From assembly GCA_965263155.1 (NCBI GenBank), contig OZ253586.1, forward strand, positions 2,091,002 to 2,155,001: DNA of 64,000 nt, in the 5' to 3' direction. Below the pieces are notes generated by a model. The model worked only from the letters and a program-made list of their open reading frames with translations, was not told the origin of the DNA and made no database searches. Source of the stretch: Dehalococcoidia bacterium (GTDB taxonomy: Bacteria > Chloroflexota > Dehalococcoidia > Lucifugimonadales > JAAXIE01). Positions 10,151 through 19,048 of the stretch are shown piece after piece. Every line of letters begins with the position of its first letter. The first letter of the stretch is position 1. The position numbers and the translations under genes were made by a program.

Positions 10151-11067
10151 GTGAGCTCATAGTAGGCATTCATATAGGCGATTGTCTTTTCTCGGGTGGT
10201 GCCTACAGCAGCAGCATCGATAACAACGACCTCAGCAGCATTGATCGCAGCACTTCGCGCGCGTTGCAGGATACCTTCTCCCGCTTCATAACTATTACTA
10301 ATAGCTGTTAGCTCTTTAGTCCAACTTTCAATCGTAAACTCTCGACTGAGACGTTCCGTCAGAATCTGGTCAAAGAACACTTCAAATCCATAGGTCGACA
10401 CGTGGTGGTCCAATTCTGGCTTTAGGCCGTACAAAAAGTCCGTCTTAGTCTCTTCGACGACAGATGCAACGTCATTCGGATCAGCTGAGTGTCCCGCACG
10501 TATGGCTTCCGAAAGAACCGCTAATCTCACAACAAATGTCGCAAGTGCGACGCTATCGATTCCATGCAATTCAATAACTGAAATCCTGCTTCCTAACACC
10601 TTTCCCAATCCTGAACTTTCAGGGATAAGTGAATCAGGATCGAATGGATTCCCGATTCTATCACCGACTTGTTCGTCCGGGACGATCCGGGAAACCGTCT
10701 CACGGAACAGGGTGAGCTGGTCTGATACAGTTGTTTGGGCTTCCATGATTTCAATATCAGTGATTGGATAACCATTTACACGGGCAACAATTGTTGCCTC
10801 TTCGTGATACTGAACTCCTCGTATCACTGGCCCCTTCCGTTCGCCAGTCATTGTGTTCACCGCGGATTGAGCTTGGAGGTCGTGCGCGTTGACCTGGGGG
10901 AGGGCAATTGGGGTCACAACAACCAACCCAAGATCGTCCCGAACTGTTGCTGATACTACTTGGGCCTTCCCGTCAGTTTGGACTGCCTCAGTTGCCAGCG
11001 TCCCATGGAGATTTGCAAATGCGACAGAAACAATGACGACAACTAGTACCAGATTACGCATTCGCAT
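10135..11067 (-). CDS. secreted protein, weak SurA-N/PpiD-like chaperone similarity
   Basis: The likely start is ATG 11067 (MRMRNLVLVVVIVSVAFANLHG signal/anchor). VNGYPITDIEI resembles the VNGe.It..e motif of SurA_N. The 3' end runs into the IS fragment, so the C-terminus may not be native. Confidence 0.5.
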   Translation of the reverse strand: MRMRNLVLVVVIVSVAFANLHGTLATEAVQTDGKAQVVSATVRDDLGLVVVTPIALPQVNAHDLQAQSAVNTMTGERKGPVIRGVQYHEEATIVARVNGYPITDIEIMEAQTTVSDQLTLFRETVSRIVPDEQVGDRIGNPFDPDSLIPESSGLGKVLGSRISVIELHGIDSVALATFVVRLAVLSEAIRAGHSADPNDVASVVEETKTDFLYGLKPELDHHVSTYGFEVFFDQILTERLSREFTIESWTKELTAISNSYEAGEGILQRARSAAINAAEVVVIDAAAVGTTREKTIAYMNAYYELTPAPL

Positions 11068-11111
11068 AATATGTTTCAATGACAATCCCTTGTCCCTTTC
11101 AGAGATCACAC

Positions 11112-11879
11112 TTATCCAACTTGGAAACATTGGCGAATATCTGGCGCCCCTCCATCCCAAAGAATGGCAGGGTGCGCACCAGAAAACACGGCAGTAAAGA
11201 CCTCCAAGAATCCATCTATAGTGCCAGCCCATGTGGCTCGGATCTCAACCCGATTACCTTCTTTTGTGCTGCGTGGGAATCGAGTGTCATTCTCCCAGCT
11301 CCATTTGGTCGAAAGAGGCTTCGTAATCGTAATGGTACCTTCTTCATCAAGATCGGTGTCCGATTCATGAATGTGAAACCACTCACCTCCATTCAAGAGG
11401 TATCGAGTTGTTGCGCTTTGATAGGCCATGCGCCCATTCGATTTAAGGTAGTGAGTATTAGTGTGGCTTATGAAGCCGTTACAGTTGTTGAACTCGATCC
11501 ATCTCTCCTCCATGCTATCAGCCGTCTTGACACTTCTGACGTCGAAGGGCACTCCCCTCGTCTCGTTGTCGGTCTCAGGAGAGTGATGACGGTAGACGTT
11601 AGCCACTAACGCGGTTGTCGGGGTGCCTTCAATCTTGTGTGACCACATTCCGCATTTTACACGGTTACAGGCACGTATTCTAATTTGGTAAGTCGTACCG
11701 TTGCTGAGTCCAAGAACCACTCCTTGTTGTAAGAAACTCTCTGCTGGCTCAAATATCACAGGGAGTTGCGAGGCAATCATGCCTATTTCATTGTGTTCCA
11801 ACTGGTAGGCATTAATCGGATCACCACCGTTTGGCGGCTTGGACCACCATACGTTCAAACTTCCATCATTCGGTGACAA
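11112..11879 (-). CDS. fibronectin type III domain + unknown C-terminal domain; probably the frameshifted 3' part of the upstream RCC1 gene
   Basis: It carries an FN3 signature: SLNVWWSKPPNGGDPINAYQLE...GLSNGTTYQIRIRACN. The frame stays open upstream of the listed TTG start (..IAGDWSGYAEEHLPGPPYKISELGILSPNDG). Confidence 0.6.
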   Translation of the reverse strand: MSPNDGSLNVWWSKPPNGGDPINAYQLEHNEIGMIASQLPVIFEPAESFLQQGVVLGLSNGTTYQIRIRACNRVKCGMWSHKIEGTPTTALVANVYRHHSPETDNETRGVPFDVRSVKTADSMEERWIEFNNCNGFISHTNTHYLKSNGRMAYQSATTRYLLNGGEWFHIHESDTDLDEEGTITITKPLSTKWSWENDTRFPRSTKEGNRVEIRATWAGTIDGFLEVFTAVFSGAHPAILWDGGAPDIRQCFQVG

Positions 11880-13042
11880 GATGCCAAGCTCAGATATCTT
11901 ATAAGGAGGGCCGGGGAGGTGTTCTTCCGCATAACCGGACCAGTCTCCAGCGATCCGTTGGCCCTCACCCCGCAGGTATGGGAATTCCCGGCGCTGATGG
12001 ACGCGAACTCGCCCCTGGACGGCGTGGCTTGCCCGTATCCATCATTGCCCCAACAGGCCACCGAGCCATCGGGCTTTATTCCGCAGGTATGGGCATATCC
12101 GGAGCTGATGGACGCGAACTCGCCCCCGGGCGGCGTGGCTTGCCCGTATCTATCATTGCCCCAACAGGCCACCGAGCCGTCGGCCCGGACTCCGCAGGTG
12201 TGGCTGTCCCCGGTGCTGATCGATGTAAACTTCCCTCTCCGCGGCGTTGTTTGACCGAGGTTATCCAGGCCCCAGCAGGCTACCAAGCCGTCGGTCTTCA
12301 CACCGCAGGTGTGATTCGACCCGGCGCCGACGGAAGTGAACCCGCCTTCGGGTGGCGTGGCTTGGCCGTACTCATCGTTGCCCCAGCATGCCACTGAGTT
12401 GTTGCCCTTCACCCAGCAGGTGTGGAACTGGCCCGCGCTGATAGTCTCGAGGATGGGTTGTCCCACCCATTGATCGCCCGACTCCGGCCCACCAGCCTCC
12501 CCAGCGGATTCCGAATCGTCCGTGGGTTCCCGATCATCCTGCGTGTCGTCGTCCCCTGGGAGGTCGGAAGTCGCCGCGGGACGGGCGCCGTCACCGTTGG
12601 TGCCTTCAGCAGATGTGCCTCCATCCTCCGCAGGCTCGTGAGTCTCCATTGGGAGAGGGCTGTCTTCGTTGACACCCCCAACCGGCGTGTCCCCGTCGCC
12701 CGCAAGCTCAGGACTCACTGCTGGGCTGAGGCTGTCTCCATTGGCGCTGTCAACCGGCGCGTCGTCTGCGGCCGCGGGAGTCTCCGTTGGGAGAGGGCGA
12801 TTTCTGTCTGCGTCGTCTGCAGGCTCGTTAGTGTTCGCTGGAAGGAGACTGACTCCGTTGGCAACGGCAACCGGGGTCTTGCCCGCAGGCACGGCAGTCT
12901 CCGCTGGGCGGGGATTGTCTGTGGTGGTCTGGGCATTAGGTGGATCTCGCTCGCCGCAGGTCGCCGAAACCGTGAGCACCAACCCCAGCAACAGTACCAG
13001 CCCAACCCTTGCCCAAATCGTGGGGCCGTCCCGTCCGGTCAT
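11855..13042 (-). CDS. RCC1-repeat lipoprotein with an acidic low-complexity linker
   Basis: The likely start is ATG 13042 (MTGRDGPTIWARVGLVLLLGLVLTVSATC lipobox). A D/E/P-rich linker is followed by 5 RCC1 units (HTCGVxxDGSxACWGxDxYGQATPPxGxF). Confidence 0.8.
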   Translation of the reverse strand: MTGRDGPTIWARVGLVLLLGLVLTVSATCGERDPPNAQTTTDNPRPAETAVPAGKTPVAVANGVSLLPANTNEPADDADRNRPLPTETPAAADDAPVDSANGDSLSPAVSPELAGDGDTPVGGVNEDSPLPMETHEPAEDGGTSAEGTNGDGARPAATSDLPGDDDTQDDREPTDDSESAGEAGGPESGDQWVGQPILETISAGQFHTCWVKGNNSVACWGNDEYGQATPPEGGFTSVGAGSNHTCGVKTDGLVACWGLDNLGQTTPRRGKFTSISTGDSHTCGVRADGSVACWGNDRYGQATPPGGEFASISSGYAHTCGIKPDGSVACWGNDGYGQATPSRGEFASISAGNSHTCGVRANGSLETGPVMRKNTSPALLIRYLSLASCHRMMEV

Positions 13043-13107
13043 CGTGGACTCCAGCCCTTCGGATAAGAAATTATACGCAATCCTACGTACAGGGGAAGTA
13101 AATGACC

Positions 13108-13156
13108 TATGTAATAGCCGGTGCGGGCGATGGGACTCGAACCACATGAGCAATGC
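13108..13156 (-). other. tRNA 3'-half-like fragment (not a functional tRNA)
   Basis: The minus strand reads ..CTCATGTGGTTCGAGTCCCATCGCCCGCACC. It has a GGTTCGAGTCC T-loop and an acceptor-like 3' strand. The T-stem is imperfect and there is no matching 5' acceptor strand. Confidence 0.25.
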
Positions 13157-13545
13157 CCGGCAGCTTTGTAGATACCTTGGCAGTGAAGCGGCCTACCGAA
13201 GCCGCCGCTTGTAGGGAGGGCCTACGCGCCTACTTGCTTTCCCGGTGCCTCCGGTAGAACCGCCACAGACCGTATGAGGCAGGCGATGGGAGTTGCGCGG
13301 CTCGACAGCGCTGGGGACGCTGGCAGTGGCCGGCGTACTGCCAGAGGGCGACCAAGAGAACTGAACCGGGCACCGCGAAACGGTCGAAAACCGATTGAAG
13401 CGACACTCCCGCCCAGTGAGGGACCTCTTCCTCTGGACATCGGACCACGAGAGGCGTGGGACTCGCATTCTTGGAACTCTGACTGGTTGGCATGGGCGAG
13501 GCAACGCACTTTTCGACCGCTGGCCGATGGTGGTGAGTCTCTCAG

Positions 13546-14185
13546 GTGGGTCCCATACGGTGGCCAAAGCAGACCGAGATTGCAGTCAGCGGTATTGGTA
13601 CGGTAGCTGCGGCCCGGATCACGCCACGCAACGGATCGACCGCGCCGTTCATCGCCGTCTCCGATGTACGGGCGATGGATAGGAACGCATCCCAGCGTCA
13701 AAAGCTCCTGGAGCTTTGGATATGCCGATGGTTCCGTCCACCGCATCATCTCGGACCTCTCGGCCTTCATCGGCCATGAAAATCCGCAGACACATCGCAT
13801 ACTAGCGACCGGTGACCTCAACATCCTGCATGGCTATGGCGATGGCAGCAGACCTCCATACTGGGAGGCACGCTACCGGTCCGTGTTCGTGAGGATGGCG
13901 TCCATTAGGCTGGAGTTCGTAGGGCCGCAGGTGCCAAACGGACGATAGGCAGAGACGAGCGCGATGCACGAACCTGCGGATTCTAGGAATGTCGTGACAT
14001 GTTATCTTCCCGGCAGGAACCCGACACTGCAAGCAATTATTCAACTCGGCTACGTCTTCGCCTCCCGTGGCTTCCATGAGGGCATCACGGTGAGGGCCAT
14101 GAATGGCGTTGAGGAATGGGGTACAAGCGACCACTGCCGCGTGCAGATCAAGATCGTGGACGGAGTAGCCCCCGCCGATATCTAA
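13546..14185 (+). pseudogene. endonuclease/exonuclease/phosphatase (EEP) family, decayed
   Basis: The motifs are HRIISDLSAFIG, ATGDLNILHGYG, YVFASRGF and EEWGTSDHCRVQI. A frameshift lies near 13660 and an in-frame TAG at 13946-13948. Confidence 0.6.
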
Positions 14186-14504
14186 TAGGGAGATGTCGCT
14201 CCATGGCGCAGTCATGGAGGAAACCGCACGATGATGGCCTGCAGGAGGCGCGATGGGAGGGCTCACTTTCATTCATGGGTGCCGCCCGGTTAGGGAACGT
14301 ACTGAGGACTCTTCCGAGTAGCGTCGCGTGATCAATGCCGCCATCAAGTTTGGCTCTCGGCGGATATGCCCCAATTGAGCTAAGTGCAAGCACTCGGCGG
14401 AAGGCCGTGTCGCTACACAGGGACTCTTGCCGCCTACGCCACTAGACCTGCTAGAGGGGGCACCCAGACATGTCGGGAGCAACCCCAGTCCTTCCCCCGC
14501 CCAT

Positions 14505-15104
14505 GGCGGAAGCGGAGGTGCGGGATGCGCGGCAGGCATGAGGAACAGGAAGTGATGTTGGCCTACGTGAATCTGGAGGAGCGGGTACCCAAGGACCATC
14601 CCCTGCGCACCATCAAGACCGTGGCCGACGAGGCGCTGAAACGTCTCTCACCTGAGTTCGACCGGATGTACTCCAAGGTGGGCCGGGCCTCGGTGCCACC
14701 GGAGCGATTGTTGAAGGCATCCCTGTTAATCTCCCTCTACTCGGTTCGCAGCGATCGAGCCTTCTGTGAGGAGCTGGAATACAATCTGCTGTTCCGCTGG
14801 TTTTTGGACATGAACCTGATGGAGCGGAGCTTCGACCCCACGGTGTTCACCAAGAACCGGAAACGACTGCTCGAACACAAGACGGGGCAGGCCCTGTTCG
14901 ATGAGGTGGTATGGGAGGCGGACCGCCGTGGACTGCTGTCGGACGAGCACTTCAGCGCTGGACGGGACATTGATAGAGGCAGTGGCCAGCATCAAGAGCT
15001 TCCGACGGCGCGAAGATCAGGAGGGATCACCTGATGATGACCCCGGCAATCCGTGGGTGGACTTTCGCGGAGAGAGGTTGAAGAACGAGACCCACGAGAG
15101 CAGG
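14505..15104 (+). mobile_element. IS5/IS1182-like internal fragment (both ends missing, frameshifted)
   Basis: It encodes MRGRHEEQEVMLAYVNLEERVPKDHPLRTIK...NETHES, which is near-identical to the other copies. There is a 1-nt insertion near 14950. Homology stops at about 15104, roughly 107 bp upstream of the LRR gene. Confidence 0.85.
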
Positions 15105-15210
15105 CTGCCGCCGTACGGGTTGCTGGCCACCTCCCCTGTGTCCAGTCGCGTCCTCTGCATACCAGCAAGCCGACTCTTCTGTTATTGTTGTTCTGACCAA
15201 AAGCGGCAAT

Positions 15211-18200
15211 ATGAAATTCGACCGAATGAAGTTCATCTTGGCCATACTCACCGCTTGTCTATTGTGGGGCAGTGGCGGCGCTATAACCCATGCGCTAGCT
15301 CAGGAAGGGCCGTGCGCCGATGGCATTGCTGTAGTCAGACCACGACAGAACCCATTGCTGGTACAAGATTGCAATCTCCTACTTGCATCCCGGAACACCT
15401 TGTCCAGGGTCGGCCGCAGACTAATATGGACAGTCAATACACCGATGCCCAAGTGGGATGGCATCTCGATATCCGGGTCGCCAGCTCGCGTCACGGCGCT
15501 GGTAATCCCGGGGGATGATGGTGGAGAGGGAAGTCTGAAGGGAAGCATACCTCGGGAATTGGGAGGCCTGACGGCGTTGGAGGTCTTGGATCTGAGCGGG
15601 AATGGGCTGACCGATAGCATCCCCGCAGAACTGGGTGAGCTTAAAGAACTTCGCACTTTGGATCTCAGCAGAAACAGTCTGACGTCGGAGATACCGGACG
15701 CCTTGGGTCGACTCACAAATCTACAGTCTTTGCGGTTGAATGGCAACGAATTGACCGGAGAACTCCCCAAGCAGTTAGGCGGACTTACAAAGCTGCAATG
15801 GTTGGAACTGTCCAACAACGAGCTAACCGGAGAGATTCCTCCAGAGTTGGGGAACATGACAAGTCTGGACTGGCTGAGTCTAGGGTCCAACCAGTTGACA
15901 GGCGAGATTACAAGAGAGTTGAGCCAGCTCCCTCGTCTTCGCGTACTGTGGCTGAGCTACAACCAGTTGACGGGCAGCATCCCGGCAGCATTAGGCCAGC
16001 TTAGGACCTTGGAGGAGCTGGATCTGGGCAACAACGAATTGACTGGAGGTATCCCAGAGGAATTGGGCGAGCTCGCCAATCTGAAGAAGCTGATTCTACT
16101 CGGTATCGAGCTTTCCGGGCCGATACCGGAAGCGCTACGTCGCCTTAACAGATTGGAATTGTTGTGGCTGCAACGCAATAGGTTGACAGGAGAAGTTCCG
16201 GCTTGGCTCGGCACACTAAGCCAGCTTACTTACTTAAACCTTGGTGAGAATCAATTGACGGGGGAGATCCCGGCGTCGCTCGGCGACCTAACCAACCTCC
16301 AACATTTGTCACTCGGCGACAACGAGTTGTCCGGGAAGATACCGCCCGAACTGGGTTATCTCTCCAGCTTGGAGTCATTGGACTTGACTGGCAACCAGCT
16401 AGTCGGGGGAATCCCTGTAGAGCTCGGCGGCCTGGCGACGCTCCAGTCGTTGGCCTTGCGCAAGAATCAGATTGAGGGCGAGATCCCATCAGTATTGGGT
16501 AGCCTTTCTAATCTGAGATATCTGTACCTAGGAGGAAACCGGCTGACCGGTGAGGTCCCGGAAACCCTAGGTGAACTCACGGAGCTCGTCTACCTAGAAT
16601 TGTATGGAAACCGGCTGACTGGGGAGTTCCCCGAGACCTTGGGCAAACTTGAGAATATACTCGGGGTTTGGCTACAGGATAACGACCTGACCGGTTGCGT
16701 CCCAACATCGTTCATTACTGATGGAGACATCCACATCGACAATACCGGCCTGAAATTCTGCTTCGCTGTAGACGACGCATCGGCCACCGTCGCCTCCCCC
16801 GCCTTGTTGACTGTGGCAGAGCACAACGCGCTCACCATCGAAGAATCTGTGCTGCTCGCAAACGACATCGAAACGACCAACTACGCGCTTCGCATCCTAC
16901 GTGTTGGCGACGCGGCCAACGGCAGAGTATCTCTGGATGGGTCCGCGGTAATCTACAGGCACGACGGGTCCGAGACGGCAACAGGTAGCTTTACCTACAC
17001 TGCCGGAGATGGCGTCCATGAGTCCACTGCGTTGGTGACGCTAGCTGTAACACCGGTAAACGACCCGCCCGTGGCATTCGACGACAACGCCGCCTTGGAA
17101 GAAGGGGGTATCCTTTTAATCGAGGCGCGTGTCCTGATTTCCAACGACGCGGATGCGGAGAGCGACGAACTAAAGATCTCAGCGATCGGTAACACGGACA
17201 ACGGCAGGCTGTTACTCGACGGGACGGCTATCATTTATGTACATGACGGGTCGGAGACGACCGCGGATAGCTTCACATACACCGTCACCGACGGCATGGA
17301 TACTGGTTCTGCGACGGTGACGCTCACCGTCACACCCGTGAACGACCCCCCAGTGGCACTCGACGACGACGACGCGGTTCAAGAAGGGGCGATGCTGTCG
17401 ATCCAGGCGTCGACTCTGCTGGCCAATGACACCGACGCAGAGAACAACAATATAAGAATTTCAGCGGTTGGGACTGCGGTCAACGGTACGGTCTCATTAG
17501 ACGGGACCACCGTCACCTATGAACATGATGGGTCGGAAACGAGCACAGATAGCTTCACCTACACAGTGAGCGACGGGACCTACACCGACTCTGCGACAGT
17601 GATGCTCACCGTGACCCCCGTGAATGACCCGCCTCTGCCACTCGACGACGCTGGCTCCACGGAAGAAGGCGGCATACTGATAGCTGAGGTATCGGTGTTG
17701 TTGGCCAACGACACCGATGCCGAGGATGACCCTCTGAAGGTCTCAACGGTCGGCGACGCCGTGAACGGGAATGTATCCCTAGACGGTTCGATCGTCATTT
17801 ATGAGCATGATGGATCTGAGACCACTACGGGCAGCTTTACCTACACCCTCAGCGACAGCATAGACACCGGCTCTGCAACAATGACCGTCACTGTAACTCC
17901 GGTGAACGACCATCCTGTGGCTCTCGACGACAACGCCACTTTGGAGGAAGGAGGGACGTTGTCCATCGAAGCCTCGACGTTGCTGGCCAACGATACCGAC
18001 GCGGAGAACAATGTGCTCAAAGTCTCAGCGGTCGGCGACGCCGTGAACGGCACAGTGATGTTGGGCGGATTAATCGTCACCTACGAGCATGACGGTTCAG
18101 AGACGATCACAGGTAGCTTTACCTATACCGTCAGCGACGGCATAGCCACCGGCTCTGCAATCATGACTGTCAATATAACTCCGGTAAACGACCCTCCTCT

Positions 18201-18867
18201 GGTTCTCGACGACGACGCCACTTTGGAGGAAGGAGGGACGCTGTCCATCGAATCGTCGGCGTTGCTGGCCAACGACACCGATGCGGAGAACGATGTGCTC
18301 AAAGTCTCAGTGGTCGGCGTTCCGGTGAACGGCACAGTGATGTTGGATGACGCTACCGTCACCTACGAGCATGACGGTTCGGAGACGACTACGGCCAGCT
18401 TTACCTACACCGTCAGTGACGGCATAGACACCCGCTCTGCAACGGTGGCTGTCAATATAACTCCGGTTAACGATCCCCCCGTGGCCGTCGACGATACTGC
18501 CTCTTTGGAAGAGGGGGCCACGCTAATGGTCGAGGCATCTATTCTGTTGGCCAACGACACGGATGAGGAGGGAGACACATTGCAACTCACAGAGGTGGGT
18601 GCCGCGGTCAACGGGGTGGTATCACTGGACGGGGCAACCATCACCTTTGAGCATGACGGATCAGAGACGACCATAGGCAGCTTCACCTACGTCGTCAGCG
18701 ACGGCGCAGACGACGCTTCCGGGTCAGTTATGATCACCGTGACACTGGTGGCAGACCTGCCCTTCGTGCTGTGGGTCGCACTAGTCCTTGGAGTCGGGCT
18801 TGTCACAGTGGTAGTTCTCGTGGCGATCCGGTCAATAAGGACCAGACAGCGACAGGGCAAACAGTAA
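15211..18867 (+). CDS. giant surface protein: signal peptide + 16 plant-type LRRs + 7 cadherin-like/VCBS-type domains + C-terminal TM anchor
   Basis: 1218 aa. The LRR unit is LxxLxxLxLxxNxLTGxIPxxLGx (24 aa). Seven 94-aa units each end in TPVNDPPVAxDD. The C-terminus is LPFVLWVALVLGVGLVTVVVLVAIR followed by basic residues. Confidence 0.9.
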   Translation: MKFDRMKFILAILTACLLWGSGGAITHALAQEGPCADGIAVVRPRQNPLLVQDCNLLLASRNTLSRVGRRLIWTVNTPMPKWDGISISGSPARVTALVIPGDDGGEGSLKGSIPRELGGLTALEVLDLSGNGLTDSIPAELGELKELRTLDLSRNSLTSEIPDALGRLTNLQSLRLNGNELTGELPKQLGGLTKLQWLELSNNELTGEIPPELGNMTSLDWLSLGSNQLTGEITRELSQLPRLRVLWLSYNQLTGSIPAALGQLRTLEELDLGNNELTGGIPEELGELANLKKLILLGIELSGPIPEALRRLNRLELLWLQRNRLTGEVPAWLGTLSQLTYLNLGENQLTGEIPASLGDLTNLQHLSLGDNELSGKIPPELGYLSSLESLDLTGNQLVGGIPVELGGLATLQSLALRKNQIEGEIPSVLGSLSNLRYLYLGGNRLTGEVPETLGELTELVYLELYGNRLTGEFPETLGKLENILGVWLQDNDLTGCVPTSFITDGDIHIDNTGLKFCFAVDDASATVASPALLTVAEHNALTIEESVLLANDIETTNYALRILRVGDAANGRVSLDGSAVIYRHDGSETATGSFTYTAGDGVHESTALVTLAVTPVNDPPVAFDDNAALEEGGILLIEARVLISNDADAESDELKISAIGNTDNGRLLLDGTAIIYVHDGSETTADSFTYTVTDGMDTGSATVTLTVTPVNDPPVALDDDDAVQEGAMLSIQASTLLANDTDAENNNIRISAVGTAVNGTVSLDGTTVTYEHDGSETSTDSFTYTVSDGTYTDSATVMLTVTPVNDPPLPLDDAGSTEEGGILIAEVSVLLANDTDAEDDPLKVSTVGDAVNGNVSLDGSIVIYEHDGSETTTGSFTYTLSDSIDTGSATMTVTVTPVNDHPVALDDNATLEEGGTLSIEASTLLANDTDAENNVLKVSAVGDAVNGTVMLGGLIVTYEHDGSETITGSFTYTVSDGIATGSAIMTVNITPVNDPPLVLDDDATLEEGGTLSIESSALLANDTDAENDVLKVSVVGVPVNGTVMLDDATVTYEHDGSETTTASFTYTVSDGIDTRSATVAVNITPVNDPPVAVDDTASLEEGATLMVEASILLANDTDEEGDTLQLTEVGAAVNGVVSLDGATITFEHDGSETTIGSFTYVVSDGADDASGSVMITVTLVADLPFVLWVALVLGVGLVTVVVLVAIRSIRTRQRQGKQ
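15535..16704 (+). repeat. 72-bp (24-aa) LRR tandem units, 16 copies plus a cap
   Basis: The phase is exact: the first unit starts at 15535 and the 17th partial unit starts at 16687 (15535 + 16x72). Confidence 0.9.
16780..18755 (+). repeat. 282-bp (94-aa) tandem cadherin-like units, 7 copies
   Basis: The PVNDPP codons recur at 17053, 17335, 17617, 17899, 18181 and 18463, an exact 282-bp period. Confidence 0.9.
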
Positions 18868-18877
18868 CCCTTTCCCC

Positions 18878-18897
18878 GTCCGGTTCCGCCACCGGAC
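18878..18897 (+). terminator. possible intrinsic terminator
   Basis: A GTCCGGT / ACCGGAC stem with a 6-nt loop lies 11 nt after the stop codon. It is followed by AGCGATTTCTCG, a weak T-tract. Confidence 0.3.
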
Positions 18898-19048
18898 AGC
18901 GATTTCTCGAAAGAACATCATAATGCCCATCGGGCAACCCACCCGAGACCGTCGCACGAGATTGCAGGACAGTGACTCGTTTCCACCTTTCCCCACCCTG
19001 ACATTCTGCCGTTGACGCCAACGCCACCCCCCTGCTAACCTCAATCTA

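Noticed and set aside
13946-13948. In-frame TAG in the EEP gene as possible stop-codon recoding
   Set aside because: The same gene also carries a frameshift and lacks an N-terminus. No other in-frame TAGs occur in intact genes in the window. Simple pseudogenisation is more likely.
15300-18686. Multiple 70-196-aa minus-strand ORFs inside the LRR/cadherin-like gene
   Set aside because: They are periodic antisense frames of the repeat array. They are S/P/T-rich and have no independent support.
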